In this document: in pieces, positions 38,701 through 47,028 of the stretch
Numbering within the stretch: the first letter of the stretch is position 1
How the letters are laid out: every line of letters starts with the position of its first letter
Assembly (NCBI GenBank): GCA_015231405.1
Contig: JADGBR010000006.1
Location: 40,218 to 104,217, forward strand
DNA from: Candidatus Omnitrophota bacterium
GTDB lineage: Bacteria; Omnitrophota; Gorgyraeia; Tantalellales; Tantalellaceae
Length of the DNA stretch: 64,000 bases
Direction: 5' to 3'
Notes under the pieces: model-generated
Seen by the model: only the letters and a program-made list of their open reading frames with translations
Database searches by the model: none
What the model was told of the DNA's origin: nothing
Position numbers and translations under genes: made by a program

Positions 38701-39966
38701 TTGAAGCGCCGCCTTCCTTTTCGACACGTAATCTTCATACATCCGTTCGATCGCCGCCGTATCATACCCCTCGATCCCGGATTCCTTGATCTCGGTGAAA
38801 GCCGTTTCTAAAGCGCTTAAAATTGAGCCATGATCGAACCCTTCATAAGGGAAAGACTGGACATATTTAGCCATCCTGCCGTTGTATTTATCTTCGTCCG
38901 ATTCCTCCGTCCGGACAAATGTCTCGGCATCCTGTTTTTTGGCGCCATTAATAAGGATATCAAATTCATCTATCATTTTTAGAGCCGGATCAGCTTCCTT
39001 CCTGGCCGCGTCGACGGCCGCGGTGACTCCGGCGGAAGCGCCCCTGGTTTCCTGCACAAGAGCGTCCAGTTTCGACCTCAATTCGTTCTCGATCTGTTTT
39101 TTCTCGAGGATATCGGCCTTCATGCGTGAAAGTTCGGCGATAATGGCGTTTTTCATATTGTCGCCTTCGTTATTTTTACCCTTCAAGTACCACCCGCCGT
39201 AAGCAAGCTGCTCGTCCCATTCCCGCTGAACGTAAGAGGCGATGTCAACGGTCTGGATCCATTCGACAAAGCCTCGGGGATTTTGTTGCGGGTCATGCCC
39301 CGCCAGAACGACCTTCATCTTTCCCTCGAGCGCGGAACTGAAGGCGTACTGAACGACATATTTGCCCAAAGCCTCTACCATCGACTGGGCCAGTTTATAC
39401 CATCCCCAGCCCGGCACGAAATATGTTATTATCTTTTCTCCCACATCCTTACCGAGAGATCTTAAGGCTTCTTCCGGACCGTCCTTTTTCCAGCTGGAAA
39501 TAAAATTATACGTCATCTGGACGCCCTCAAGACCGGCCTTAAAAGCGTTTACCTGGGTATCCAATTTTGCGTTAATATCGATATCGGCTGCCGACCACAA
39601 AGCCCCGACGTTCTTCCCTTCTATGATGGCTTTATGCATCATATCCGGGATCTGAGCCTTAAAAAGTTCCTCACGCAATTTTTTCTTTACATATTCCTCG
39701 AGCTTCTCCTTGGCCGCCTCTTTCAGCCGGTCGGAACTCTCTTCCCAGACTCGCTCTTTCCCTTTTTTGAGGATATAGGCGACTTTGGCTTTGTCGGTGG
39801 GGAGGCTGTTAAGTTCCGCGACGTCGTCGACAAAGTTAGTGAATTGTTTGATAAGTTCTTTAGATACCTTTTCCGTAGCCTCGTCCTCTGAGAAAGCCGG
39901 AGGGCACGCCGAAGTTATCGTGAAACAGAGAATGGTTATTGAGGCAAGTATCTTTTTTATGTTCAT
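35800..39966 (-). CDS. Giant secreted paralog B (1388 aa), same architecture
   Basis: Signal peptide MNIKKILASITILCFTITSA. KE-rich coiled coil (…EEEAARKKKEEEERKKKEAEDEA…). Conserved C-terminal module (…VSDDFLGNRTFLEEGVRFDFDMFSSIRLAIFINRIE…KLKNLKGNLIYATLSPEIAESSGL…). Confidence 0.7.
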   Translation of the reverse strand: MNIKKILASITILCFTITSACPPAFSEDEATEKVSKELIKQFTNFVDDVAELNSLPTDKAKVAYILKKGKERVWEESSDRLKEAAKEKLEEYVKKKLREELFKAQIPDMMHKAIIEGKNVGALWSAADIDINAKLDTQVNAFKAGLEGVQMTYNFISSWKKDGPEEALRSLGKDVGEKIITYFVPGWGWYKLAQSMVEALGKYVVQYAFSSALEGKMKVVLAGHDPQQNPRGFVEWIQTVDIASYVQREWDEQLAYGGWYLKGKNNEGDNMKNAIIAELSRMKADILEKKQIENELRSKLDALVQETRGASAGVTAAVDAARKEADPALKMIDEFDILINGAKKQDAETFVRTEESDEDKYNGRMAKYVQSFPYEGFDHGSILSALETAFTEIKESGIEGYDTAAIERMYEDYVSKRKAALQAASKKMDDGKRKANEILAALAAQYDPQFAAIWARIQNARNRAEHDALVAQSNALSDVYNAARGPYMNRAWGSIVEGQFYNDYKVLCAEEQVIVAEALERGSKMRAYMREKAEKIREELDKAVEAYRKAGSETSQEALTKLNFPDGWGSAYFYTIISENMAAREGLVYEMPGDASRELVEVQQMKVDLSGDRSAAAELYAKEKKAFEQYAASAISIAKSFESSMPKRLLIPYDGKQSWGFENIVSTSQFYNAQLGGEILPAESVGIPRVWGGDNDAEAQAKVMERKDILEEMDKAIAAVAKRESDLFTIEHADQVASAYARIYYDITLDMFMLRLSDLTLEQEIRRQSDMYIMPDNSAFMYTLPEKMRGYAYLEQMKEAWAKYSDLVSKLDNLRKGIGTNIRYRFDFAQSYYPPLDKWLTIPDRIKVYQETYETVKKTFDERAALADKYLGEAKQKFDDIKKNSYNVQEKIKQLEKFQKENVSHFVRLYSMFAKTDAIEKSLGGWMALEKEVEDELKKSGQDKIDEEKRWERERQAAEEEAARKKKEEEERKKKEAEDEAGRQAIQVLSATLNKYNAASMPQTVVLSKMDLKNGKIEVAGKLSTVAGSRGVEISVDGGRSWTKIQNSADVKYSFAPTPDAEYTFILRIDMGEAGEVTQELFPYVQSITYKDIDFVKLVQDSIMAIANAYEQQNVSAFSEYVSDDFLGNRTFLEEGVRFDFDMFSSIRLAIFINRIEKGGAYFIADTKWNKTQSPRKTGQEQKTSGNTSMIFAFEDGKMKLKNLKGNLIYATLSPEIAESSGLGVTVIDEVRAARDDRDPVQPGAGTTEGDTDTETADGTSARSESGSVTLTQYGFHDCDGYTFACSAVTRDIFAFSSDFRREDVFIKVNPSGGIVDLGGVSIDSVTEAPSSGYDAGGWLDAATGHTYALQLPDGKYAIISITSMTAAAFPFTTVVRYKYQRDGSRNF

Positions 39967-39994
39967 CTCGCGCTCCTTTGGCGGTCATGTCGGA

Positions 39995-40510
39995 TCAAAA
40001 GGGGGAATTCCCTTTCACATCGTACAGCTTCCATTCCTCTCCCGACTTTTTAAACACGAAAAGACATTGCCCCCGGCTCTTACGCTGGCTTCCGGTGTCG
40101 AACGGCACGTCCTTCTTGTTCCAACTGAAAGAAACGGCGAGTTTGTCTCCTTTCGGAATAACCGTATTTATGAAATACTCTATGTCCAGGGGTCTTGCCG
40201 AATAAAATGAGTTCTCGACGCCGCTCACAAAAGACTGGCCGCCAGAGGGAAAATCATCGTCCACAATATCGGCGAAAGATCCCCTCGTGTACCCACGGTA
40301 AGAGTCGAAGATACGGGATAGAAGACTATCGGCTATCTCCCTTTCTTTTCCGGGAGCTATAACTTTCTGGGCTCTTCCCCTTTCGACCGTCGTTCCGGCC
40401 ATAGCCCACGCGTAAGATGTCAACGCCGTCAAAACCAGTAGCGACGCGAATACCCGGCAAAAACGATCAGAAATTCGAAACGAGCTTGGTGATAAACCTT
40501 GTTTCATCAT
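39995..40510 (-). CDS. Small secreted protein (171 aa) consisting of a stand-alone copy of the paralogs' conserved NTF2-like domain
   Basis: Signal peptide. The segment …DDDFPSGGQSFVSGVENSFYSARPLDIEYFINTVIPKGDKLAVSFSWNKK…GQCLFVFKKSGEEWKLYDVKGN aligns by pattern with RDFLGNKIFLEEGIRFDFDMF…IAETRWQKTQ…TRMIFLLEDGKMKIYNLKGN in the giant paralogs. Confidence 0.55.
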   Translation of the reverse strand: MMKQGLSPSSFRISDRFCRVFASLLVLTALTSYAWAMAGTTVERGRAQKVIAPGKEREIADSLLSRIFDSYRGYTRGSFADIVDDDFPSGGQSFVSGVENSFYSARPLDIEYFINTVIPKGDKLAVSFSWNKKDVPFDTGSQRKSRGQCLFVFKKSGEEWKLYDVKGNSPF

Positions 40511-42233
40511 AAGACTGCTCCTTGTCCTGCTGATTATAGTCGTTATGTTCCCCTCGAAAGACCAGACGCGTGCTCCTTTTCTTCTCCATGAGAAAATTCA
40601 TTTCGAAAAATGTCGTGTAATTAAAATAGTTCTGCATGGGCTGGTTGGAATCGCTGGAGTTCACGTTATAACCAAAATATAGCATATGGGCGCCATAGAT
40701 GTTGTACTGGCCCTGGAACCCTACCCCGGTGTTAAAATCCTCCTTAGGGTACTTTTTGGGGTCGTGATAATCCAGGTTCAAATACCCCGAAAGATACGCT
40801 CGGCGCTTCAATATGTACTGTTCCCGCCCGAGATTCGTGCCGAGGCGGTAAAAGTAGTCGGAGTTAGATTTGACATATTTGTCGATGAAACCCCTAAATT
40901 CGCCGAAAATCCCGTAGCTTGTCTTATCGTCCAGATTATCGTTGACCGCAACGCCAGGCGTGTAAGTGACCGCGCGCAAGGTGTTAAAAACGTCGTCAGA
41001 CCTTCGTTCCTGCACGTTCGTGTAAGCCCTGACGCTGAACGAAGGATCGCTTTCGTACGGACGCATATTGAGCGTCATGTATTTTTCGTCGTATATGGTG
41101 CGTTTTTTCAATGTGCTTCCGGTAAGATGGTTCCAGTAATAATTCTCTGTGACGGTCGCCCTCATCTTTTTAGTGATATCATAATCAAGAGTTCCCTGGT
41201 GCTGCATTTTATCGGGCATAGCTGAACCCGCGTCGGTATAAAATTTAGGCTGAACGTAGTAGAAAAGATAAGTGCCGGTAAAGGGTCCGTATTTCAAACG
41301 GGGCCTGGCCCTGAACGCGTTGCCGTGCTTGTCGTCCGAATACGCCGCTTTTCTTTCGTCAAGGTTGTGATAACTCGTACCCAACTCATAGATCAGTGAG
41401 AAGTACTCTTTCGTGGCTATCTCGCCGTCCACGCTGACCACCGTATTGCTCATGTCCGGGATAGGCGTCCCGAGCCCTGTGGAATCGCTGGTAGCTCTGT
41501 CGTCACGGTTTGTAACGGCCTGGGTCCCTATCCTGAAAGTTTTGAACGCTTCCTCTCCTTCCTCCTTAAAAAGAAAGATATCGGTCTTCCCTCCGTACAC
41601 ATTTCTCCAGAATGCGCTCATATCGTTATCAGGGCTCTGACTGCGCGCGGCGACCCCTTGCAAATGCACGCTGTCGTATTCTTTTATCTCAGCGTTGAAC
41701 CCTTCGAGTGAGTTACCCAGAGTGAACTGGCTGAAGTCCCCGTAGAAATCTCCGAAGAGGAGCATATTGTCGGGGTTGGATATCTGGGTAGTAAGCTGTT
41801 TGACCCGGAGGTCCTTCCTCCTTTCGATACGACGGTCATCGGTCCTCCGGAGGAACAGCTGGCTTTCAAAACTGTAGTCTGAGATCAATTTTTCATAGCT
41901 ATTGATATTGACCTCGGTATTCTGATAAACTCCCCTTCTGAGAAATGTTTTCGTTCCGTTGCCTCCGGTAGCGTTAAAATTTATCTCTTCCATAACGCTC
42001 CCGGTTATCATTCCGGAACGGTCAGGGCCATAGTTGCCGTAATTTTTAAAATCGAGAAGATCATCCACCCTATCCTCAAGGGTGAAGGTCTTATTTACAT
42101 CAGGTGCTCCTCCGGCTGTAGAACCCTGTCCGAGATAATAAACCTCCGCCGCTTCAAGTGTTAACGGCCGGCAGAAAATAACTATTCCCGCCAGAACGAA
42201 CGACACAGCTACATCTCTCGACCTTTTTCCCAT
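40467..42233 (-). CDS. Outer-membrane beta-barrel protein (porin/transporter-like), hypothetical
   Basis: 588 aa. Signal peptide. Alternating aromatic/hydrophilic beta-strand pattern throughout. The C-terminus ends in the aromatic signature …KLVSNF. Confidence 0.6.
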   Translation of the reverse strand: MGKRSRDVAVSFVLAGIVIFCRPLTLEAAEVYYLGQGSTAGGAPDVNKTFTLEDRVDDLLDFKNYGNYGPDRSGMITGSVMEEINFNATGGNGTKTFLRRGVYQNTEVNINSYEKLISDYSFESQLFLRRTDDRRIERRKDLRVKQLTTQISNPDNMLLFGDFYGDFSQFTLGNSLEGFNAEIKEYDSVHLQGVAARSQSPDNDMSAFWRNVYGGKTDIFLFKEEGEEAFKTFRIGTQAVTNRDDRATSDSTGLGTPIPDMSNTVVSVDGEIATKEYFSLIYELGTSYHNLDERKAAYSDDKHGNAFRARPRLKYGPFTGTYLFYYVQPKFYTDAGSAMPDKMQHQGTLDYDITKKMRATVTENYYWNHLTGSTLKKRTIYDEKYMTLNMRPYESDPSFSVRAYTNVQERRSDDVFNTLRAVTYTPGVAVNDNLDDKTSYGIFGEFRGFIDKYVKSNSDYFYRLGTNLGREQYILKRRAYLSGYLNLDYHDPKKYPKEDFNTGVGFQGQYNIYGAHMLYFGYNVNSSDSNQPMQNYFNYTTFFEMNFLMEKKRSTRLVFRGEHNDYNQQDKEQSYDETRFITKLVSNF

Positions 42234-42282
42234 AATTGGTCCCTTCCTTTTCTTGTATTTTAATTATTTCAAGCAGGCGTTC

Positions 42283-45200
42283 TTATTGCGTCCTAACGTT
42301 CCTCGTCCCATCGGTCTGGAGCGCGTACTGGAATTCCAGCGTATCAGGCGGACCGAGAGTCCGGTTGGTCACCGTCATCTTCCCGTATTTTGCATCTGCG
42401 GTCTTAAAAGCGTAAACTTTTCCCACATCCATATTGTCAACAAAAGGGGCGTATCCAGATGACGGGGCTTCATTGAGCGCCCCGAACGTGGAAGTTGTAA
42501 TTTCCTGTATCTCGGACGCGCCTACGGCGATAAATCGCATCCCCATAACATAATTGAAATCACCGGTATCCACGTCAGCCTGAGCCCCGGACGAGAAACT
42601 AAATCCCTTTACATTGCTAGGAGGGGGACCGGGTTCGGATGTGACAGACCCTGTCCGGACGGATATCACGGCGGTCGAAGTCGTCCCTCCGGCCTCAACG
42701 GTCTCGCTGGATCCGGGCTGTACGGGATCACGGGTTTCCTGAGCCTGCTCTATCTGCTCGACGACGGCTTGCGCCAACCCGCTGGATTCGGCTATTTCCG
42801 GGGAAAGAGTAGCGTATATTAGGTTCCCTTTAAGATTGTAGATCTTCATCCTTCCGTCCTCCAGAACAAAGATCATCTCAGTTTTTCCTGTCGTCCTTTG
42901 CTGTTCCCCGGTCTGTCTCGGTATCTGGGTCTTGTTCCACGTTGTCTCGGCAACGTATTGCCCGTTACGTATCTCTATCCTGTTGATGAATATGGTGAGC
43001 CTTATTTCAGTGAACATATCGAAGTCGAACCTCACTCCTTCTTCCAGAAAAGTCCGGTTGCCTATGAAATCCCTCGATATATTCTCTTCGAATAAAGAAA
43101 CGTTCTGGGCTTCATAGGCGTCGGCTATCTTCTTAGCGGCGTCGACGAGAAGCTGGCTATAGTCGATGTTCCTATATATCAACCCGTTGATGTTCTCGAA
43201 CGGCTCTAGAGTGACCTCATCGAAATCCACGGTCTTGATCTTGAAAACGACCTGATACAATTGCTCGACCGCCGGCATGAAGGAAAAGGATAACATCTGG
43301 TTCTTCTGGCATTCGTTCCATATCCGTCCGCCGTCGGTCGAAACGAGTATCTTATCTATCCTGTCCAGCGTGTTCAGCCTGGCTGTAACTTCGATAGCGT
43401 TATTCTTCAGGTCAGTATTCGTGAGGATAACGTCACCGGAAGCGTTTTTTAGGCTCACTGTATTTACGCGCGCGTCATAAAGCTGATAAAAAGAAAACCC
43501 TTCACCCTCCCCCACTGGAACGGTTTGAGAGAAAGACGCCGTTTTCTGTCCGGGCTGGCCTCCCTGTCCAGGCTGTCCCCCTTGCCCCGGCTGCCCGCCC
43601 TGCCCTGGCTGCCCACCCTGCCCTGGTTGTCCTCCCTGTCCTGGTTGTCCTCCCTGTCCTGGTTGTCCACCCTGTCCCGGTTGTCCACCCTGTCCCGGCT
43701 GGCCTCCCTGTCCAGGCTGGCCACCCTGCCCCGGTTGTCCGCCGGGCCCGCTTGTCTTAGTGGTTTTAAGAAACTCCGTGCGCTCTTCCAGGATCTTATC
43801 GAGTTCATTCATTATGGAGACATATCTTTTGCCCAGCGAATGATCGAAAGGAGCCGGGTTTTTCTCATAGGCTTTGTCCACGGCATATGGCTGGCTCGTA
43901 TCACCGCTTGAAATTATGGCACCGGCTATTGCCCCAATGACCGGCATCATCTGCTGCATGAACTCGATATCACTCGCGTCATATTTGACCTTCGGAACTT
44001 CCTCCTCGAACTTCGCGACCGTGCTAGCCTGGATCACGATCTCCGTATCGCCCGAAGGAGCGAAAAAATTGTCTTCCGCGGCGTATTCAACTCCGGGCAA
44101 GGTAAGGATCTTCTCGAGTACCTCGTTAACTCCGGAGGCGCTATTCTTAATGAACTTGTAGCCCGGATATTGCTGCCACATAGTTCTTATCTCGTTGGCG
44201 AAAGTCCCCGTATCGTTCTTAGTCATATAGTGTTTGTAGGGTTTATCCATCAGTATCAAATTGCCGTCTTTCTTGAAAAGGATCTCGTACTCCCCATAGC
44301 TGAACTCCCTAAGAACTCCTTTTTCCTTCTGGTCCCGGAAGAACTCCTCTACCGCCGCTTTTTTAGAGTTGATCCAGTCCGCCCCTTCCTGACGTTTCGC
44401 CATTTCCTCGTCGGCATATTTACGTATCTCGTCGAACCTGGCCTGTGACCTGTTGATGAGATCCTGAAGTTTCTCTATGGCATTGCCCAGGTCCGCCATC
44501 TCTTCCATTTGCCGGTCGAAATTTTCGGAAACACCGAGCACCTTCATTTCGGTGAGTTCACTGTCCGACGGTTTAGGTATATCCTTAAGTTCCGCCGCGG
44601 CTCTCTGCCAATCCGGGTAGGAACCCTGGACATTCGCCATTCGGTACCCACCTTCCCTGCCTATCTCCCCGGCGAAATCGAAGTTTACAGTAGCGGCCTT
44701 CTGGTTCATTTCAGAATATAGCTCGGGAACGCTTTTCGGGTCGTTAAAAGTACCTACTCCCCCATACTCGTAAGATTTCGTTTTTTCTACCGCCGCGTTA
44801 ATGGCGTTCATGTTATCCGAAAAATCTTCATCGGCCTGGGTCCTCGTCCCTGTCCCCAGGATACTATTGACGGGAATTATTTTGGCTGACGCCTGCACAA
44901 GCCCTGTATATTCATACCATTGCCTTTGCCTTACCCTCTTAAGGTCGTTAAAAGTATTGACGAGCCCTGATATCTCGGAATTGGTCTTAACGATCACGGC
45001 TTCGGTCGTATTCCTGAGCGTCTGGCTAACGTCCCCGGCCAGATAATATGCGCTCTGAAGAATGGATAACTCGCCGCCGAGGGCGCTAGTCTCCTTTCTT
45101 ATCGCTTCCATCCGCGTTGAGTTGCCGCTCATTGCCGAGACAAGGCTGCTCCTTAAGGCTTCGTCATAGGAATCGTAATACTGTCTCTGCAATTTCGCGT

Positions 45201-46809
45201 TATCCGCCTCACGGTTCTTATATTCCTCGTTTAGCGCCCCTATCCTCTCATTAATTGGACCTTGCGCGTTCTCATACGCTTTCGCGAGCTTTTTAGGAAG
45301 TTCTTCGTTATAGTAGCCGTTCATCCCTTTCCTGGCGGCGCCCTCCCATTCGGATAGGAGGGTATACGCTTCGGAAAATTTGCCCTTATTCAAAGCTTCC
45401 AGCACCTTATCGTAAAGATCATCACCAGAAGTTCCCCAGTCCTTGAACGGCGCGAGAACTGGAACGAATGCGGCGTTATAATAGCCCATCTCGGGAGCGC
45501 TTATCGTTTTCTCTTCTTCCTCATAAACGGTCGCGGGATCGGTTATGACAGCTTTTTCTTTAGCTCCGAGGGCTTTTTCATAATCCTTTTCCAGCGCCCA
45601 CCACAGCTTCAGCTCGGACTTTAGCGACGCGGAAAGATCGGCCTCTCCGATAAGATTGGAAGCGCTGGACGCGGTCACAAGCGAACTTTTCCAGGTATTA
45701 ATGGCGTTCTGAACTTCGTTCATCCTCTTAAGGTTGGCGATAAGCGTCCCGGCCCCGACGCGCGCGGCCGGACTTTTCGCGAGGAGCTCCTTGTATTTAG
45801 GCAGCTGTTTACGGTATTCTTTTTTGGCGTTGAATTCGCTGAGAAGTTGCGGGATATTGTTCGAAAAGGCTCTTAAACGGTAGGCGAACTTCTTGAATTC
45901 AGCCATCTCATGCCCGGCCCGCTGCTCCGCCCACCGCTCGGTCACCTGGAGGTTAACGTCCTTAAGGAGTTTCATTATCCATGTGCGCGCCTTGTTCCGA
46001 TATTCCACGGAAAGCGCCATAGTCTCGGCGCTTTCGGTCGTGTCCTCTCCCGAGCCTGCCGACATCAGGTCCCTGGCCCAATCCCCCCAACTTTGTTCGG
46101 GCCATTCCTCCCCGAGAACGGTCGTTACATAAGATTTGACCATATCGCGGACCTCGGCGTTGGTCACGATGTATTTGTTAAAGAAATAGTCCGCGGTCTT
46201 TTCGTTGACATCTATCAGCTTAGGAGAGCCGCCCTTGGGATCGGACGTACCCAAAAGACGCCTGTCGTTCTCAACTTTATTGTAAAGCGTCTCTACCTGG
46301 AGCTCGGCGCCCGACTCTACTACCAGCTTATGGGACTCGTAGGCCATCTTAACGGCGGCCCACGCCACTTTTATAACGGGATGATCTATTTCCCCGACGA
46401 CAACGTCCACTGTCAGGAAAAGTGCTTCGTCATATTTCCCTTCTCCGAGCATGGTACCGAGCTTTTGGACGTTCTCTATGATATCCAGGATCTTGTCTAT
46501 TTTGTCCTTGATCTGCTTAGTGTATGCGTCGGTATCGTCGATCTGCCCTTTCCATAGTTTCTCGTATTCAAAGAGAGATTCCCATCCAAGCTCGTTGACT
46601 TTGTCCTGGCCCAGGGCCTTCAATCCTTCCGTCGCTCCGTCCTCCGACATCATGGCTTCCGCCACATCAAGGCCGAGACTTACGCCGGTACCCAATTCAT
46701 CCGGGTCGGTAAATTTCCCGCCCTTGGACCCTTTTTCCTCGGCACTCGCGATATTGAAGTTGAGGACCATTAATGACAACAGGATGAAAACTGATATTTT
46801 ATTAGCCAT
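42283..46809 (-). CDS. Giant secreted paralog C (1508 aa) with an internal GGQPGQ tandem repeat
   Basis: Signal peptide MANKISVFILLSLMVLNFNIASA. Conserved C-terminal module (…ISRDFIGNRTFLEEGVRFDFDMFTEIRLTIFINRIE…KIYNLKGNLIYATLSPEIAESSGL…). Confidence 0.7.
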   Translation of the reverse strand: MANKISVFILLSLMVLNFNIASAEEKGSKGGKFTDPDELGTGVSLGLDVAEAMMSEDGATEGLKALGQDKVNELGWESLFEYEKLWKGQIDDTDAYTKQIKDKIDKILDIIENVQKLGTMLGEGKYDEALFLTVDVVVGEIDHPVIKVAWAAVKMAYESHKLVVESGAELQVETLYNKVENDRRLLGTSDPKGGSPKLIDVNEKTADYFFNKYIVTNAEVRDMVKSYVTTVLGEEWPEQSWGDWARDLMSAGSGEDTTESAETMALSVEYRNKARTWIMKLLKDVNLQVTERWAEQRAGHEMAEFKKFAYRLRAFSNNIPQLLSEFNAKKEYRKQLPKYKELLAKSPAARVGAGTLIANLKRMNEVQNAINTWKSSLVTASSASNLIGEADLSASLKSELKLWWALEKDYEKALGAKEKAVITDPATVYEEEEKTISAPEMGYYNAAFVPVLAPFKDWGTSGDDLYDKVLEALNKGKFSEAYTLLSEWEGAARKGMNGYYNEELPKKLAKAYENAQGPINERIGALNEEYKNREADNAKLQRQYYDSYDEALRSSLVSAMSGNSTRMEAIRKETSALGGELSILQSAYYLAGDVSQTLRNTTEAVIVKTNSEISGLVNTFNDLKRVRQRQWYEYTGLVQASAKIIPVNSILGTGTRTQADEDFSDNMNAINAAVEKTKSYEYGGVGTFNDPKSVPELYSEMNQKAATVNFDFAGEIGREGGYRMANVQGSYPDWQRAAAELKDIPKPSDSELTEMKVLGVSENFDRQMEEMADLGNAIEKLQDLINRSQARFDEIRKYADEEMAKRQEGADWINSKKAAVEEFFRDQKEKGVLREFSYGEYEILFKKDGNLILMDKPYKHYMTKNDTGTFANEIRTMWQQYPGYKFIKNSASGVNEVLEKILTLPGVEYAAEDNFFAPSGDTEIVIQASTVAKFEEEVPKVKYDASDIEFMQQMMPVIGAIAGAIISSGDTSQPYAVDKAYEKNPAPFDHSLGKRYVSIMNELDKILEERTEFLKTTKTSGPGGQPGQGGQPGQGGQPGQGGQPGQGGQPGQGGQPGQGGQPGQGGQPGQGGQPGQGGQPGQGGQPGQKTASFSQTVPVGEGEGFSFYQLYDARVNTVSLKNASGDVILTNTDLKNNAIEVTARLNTLDRIDKILVSTDGGRIWNECQKNQMLSFSFMPAVEQLYQVVFKIKTVDFDEVTLEPFENINGLIYRNIDYSQLLVDAAKKIADAYEAQNVSLFEENISRDFIGNRTFLEEGVRFDFDMFTEIRLTIFINRIEIRNGQYVAETTWNKTQIPRQTGEQQRTTGKTEMIFVLEDGRMKIYNLKGNLIYATLSPEIAESSGLAQAVVEQIEQAQETRDPVQPGSSETVEAGGTTSTAVISVRTGSVTSEPGPPPSNVKGFSFSSGAQADVDTGDFNYVMGMRFIAVGASEIQEITTSTFGALNEAPSSGYAPFVDNMDVGKVYAFKTADAKYGKMTVTNRTLGPPDTLEFQYALQTDGTRNVRTQ
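43549..43756 (-). repeat. In-frame 18-bp tandem repeat encoding (GGQPGQ), about 11 copies, within paralog C
   Basis: DNA shows near-identical cctggctgcccaccctgc-type units. The protein reads SGPGGQPGQGGQPGQ…GGQPGQK. Confidence 0.85.
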
Positions 46810-47028
46810 TCCGGTCCTTTGGTAATTTTTTTATAGGTTGGGGAATATAGATATTTTTGTGATAAGCCTGGTCCGCCCCCCCCATTTCAGCGCTTGTTTC
46901 CTTCCATTTTCTACTTTAGATTACTTTCTCGGGCAAATTCTGTCAATTGATTTTAGCTCATCCCATCATTTCACAATTCTCAACAATATCCCCCTTTCAA
47001 ATGCATACGATCCCGCTAAAAGAATCAT

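Noticed and set aside
43549-43756. Possible CRISPR or non-coding minisatellite
   Set aside because: The 18-bp units are contiguous, in frame, and translate to a GGQPGQ repeat inside a long ORF with a signal peptide and conserved flanks. It is a coding tandem repeat.
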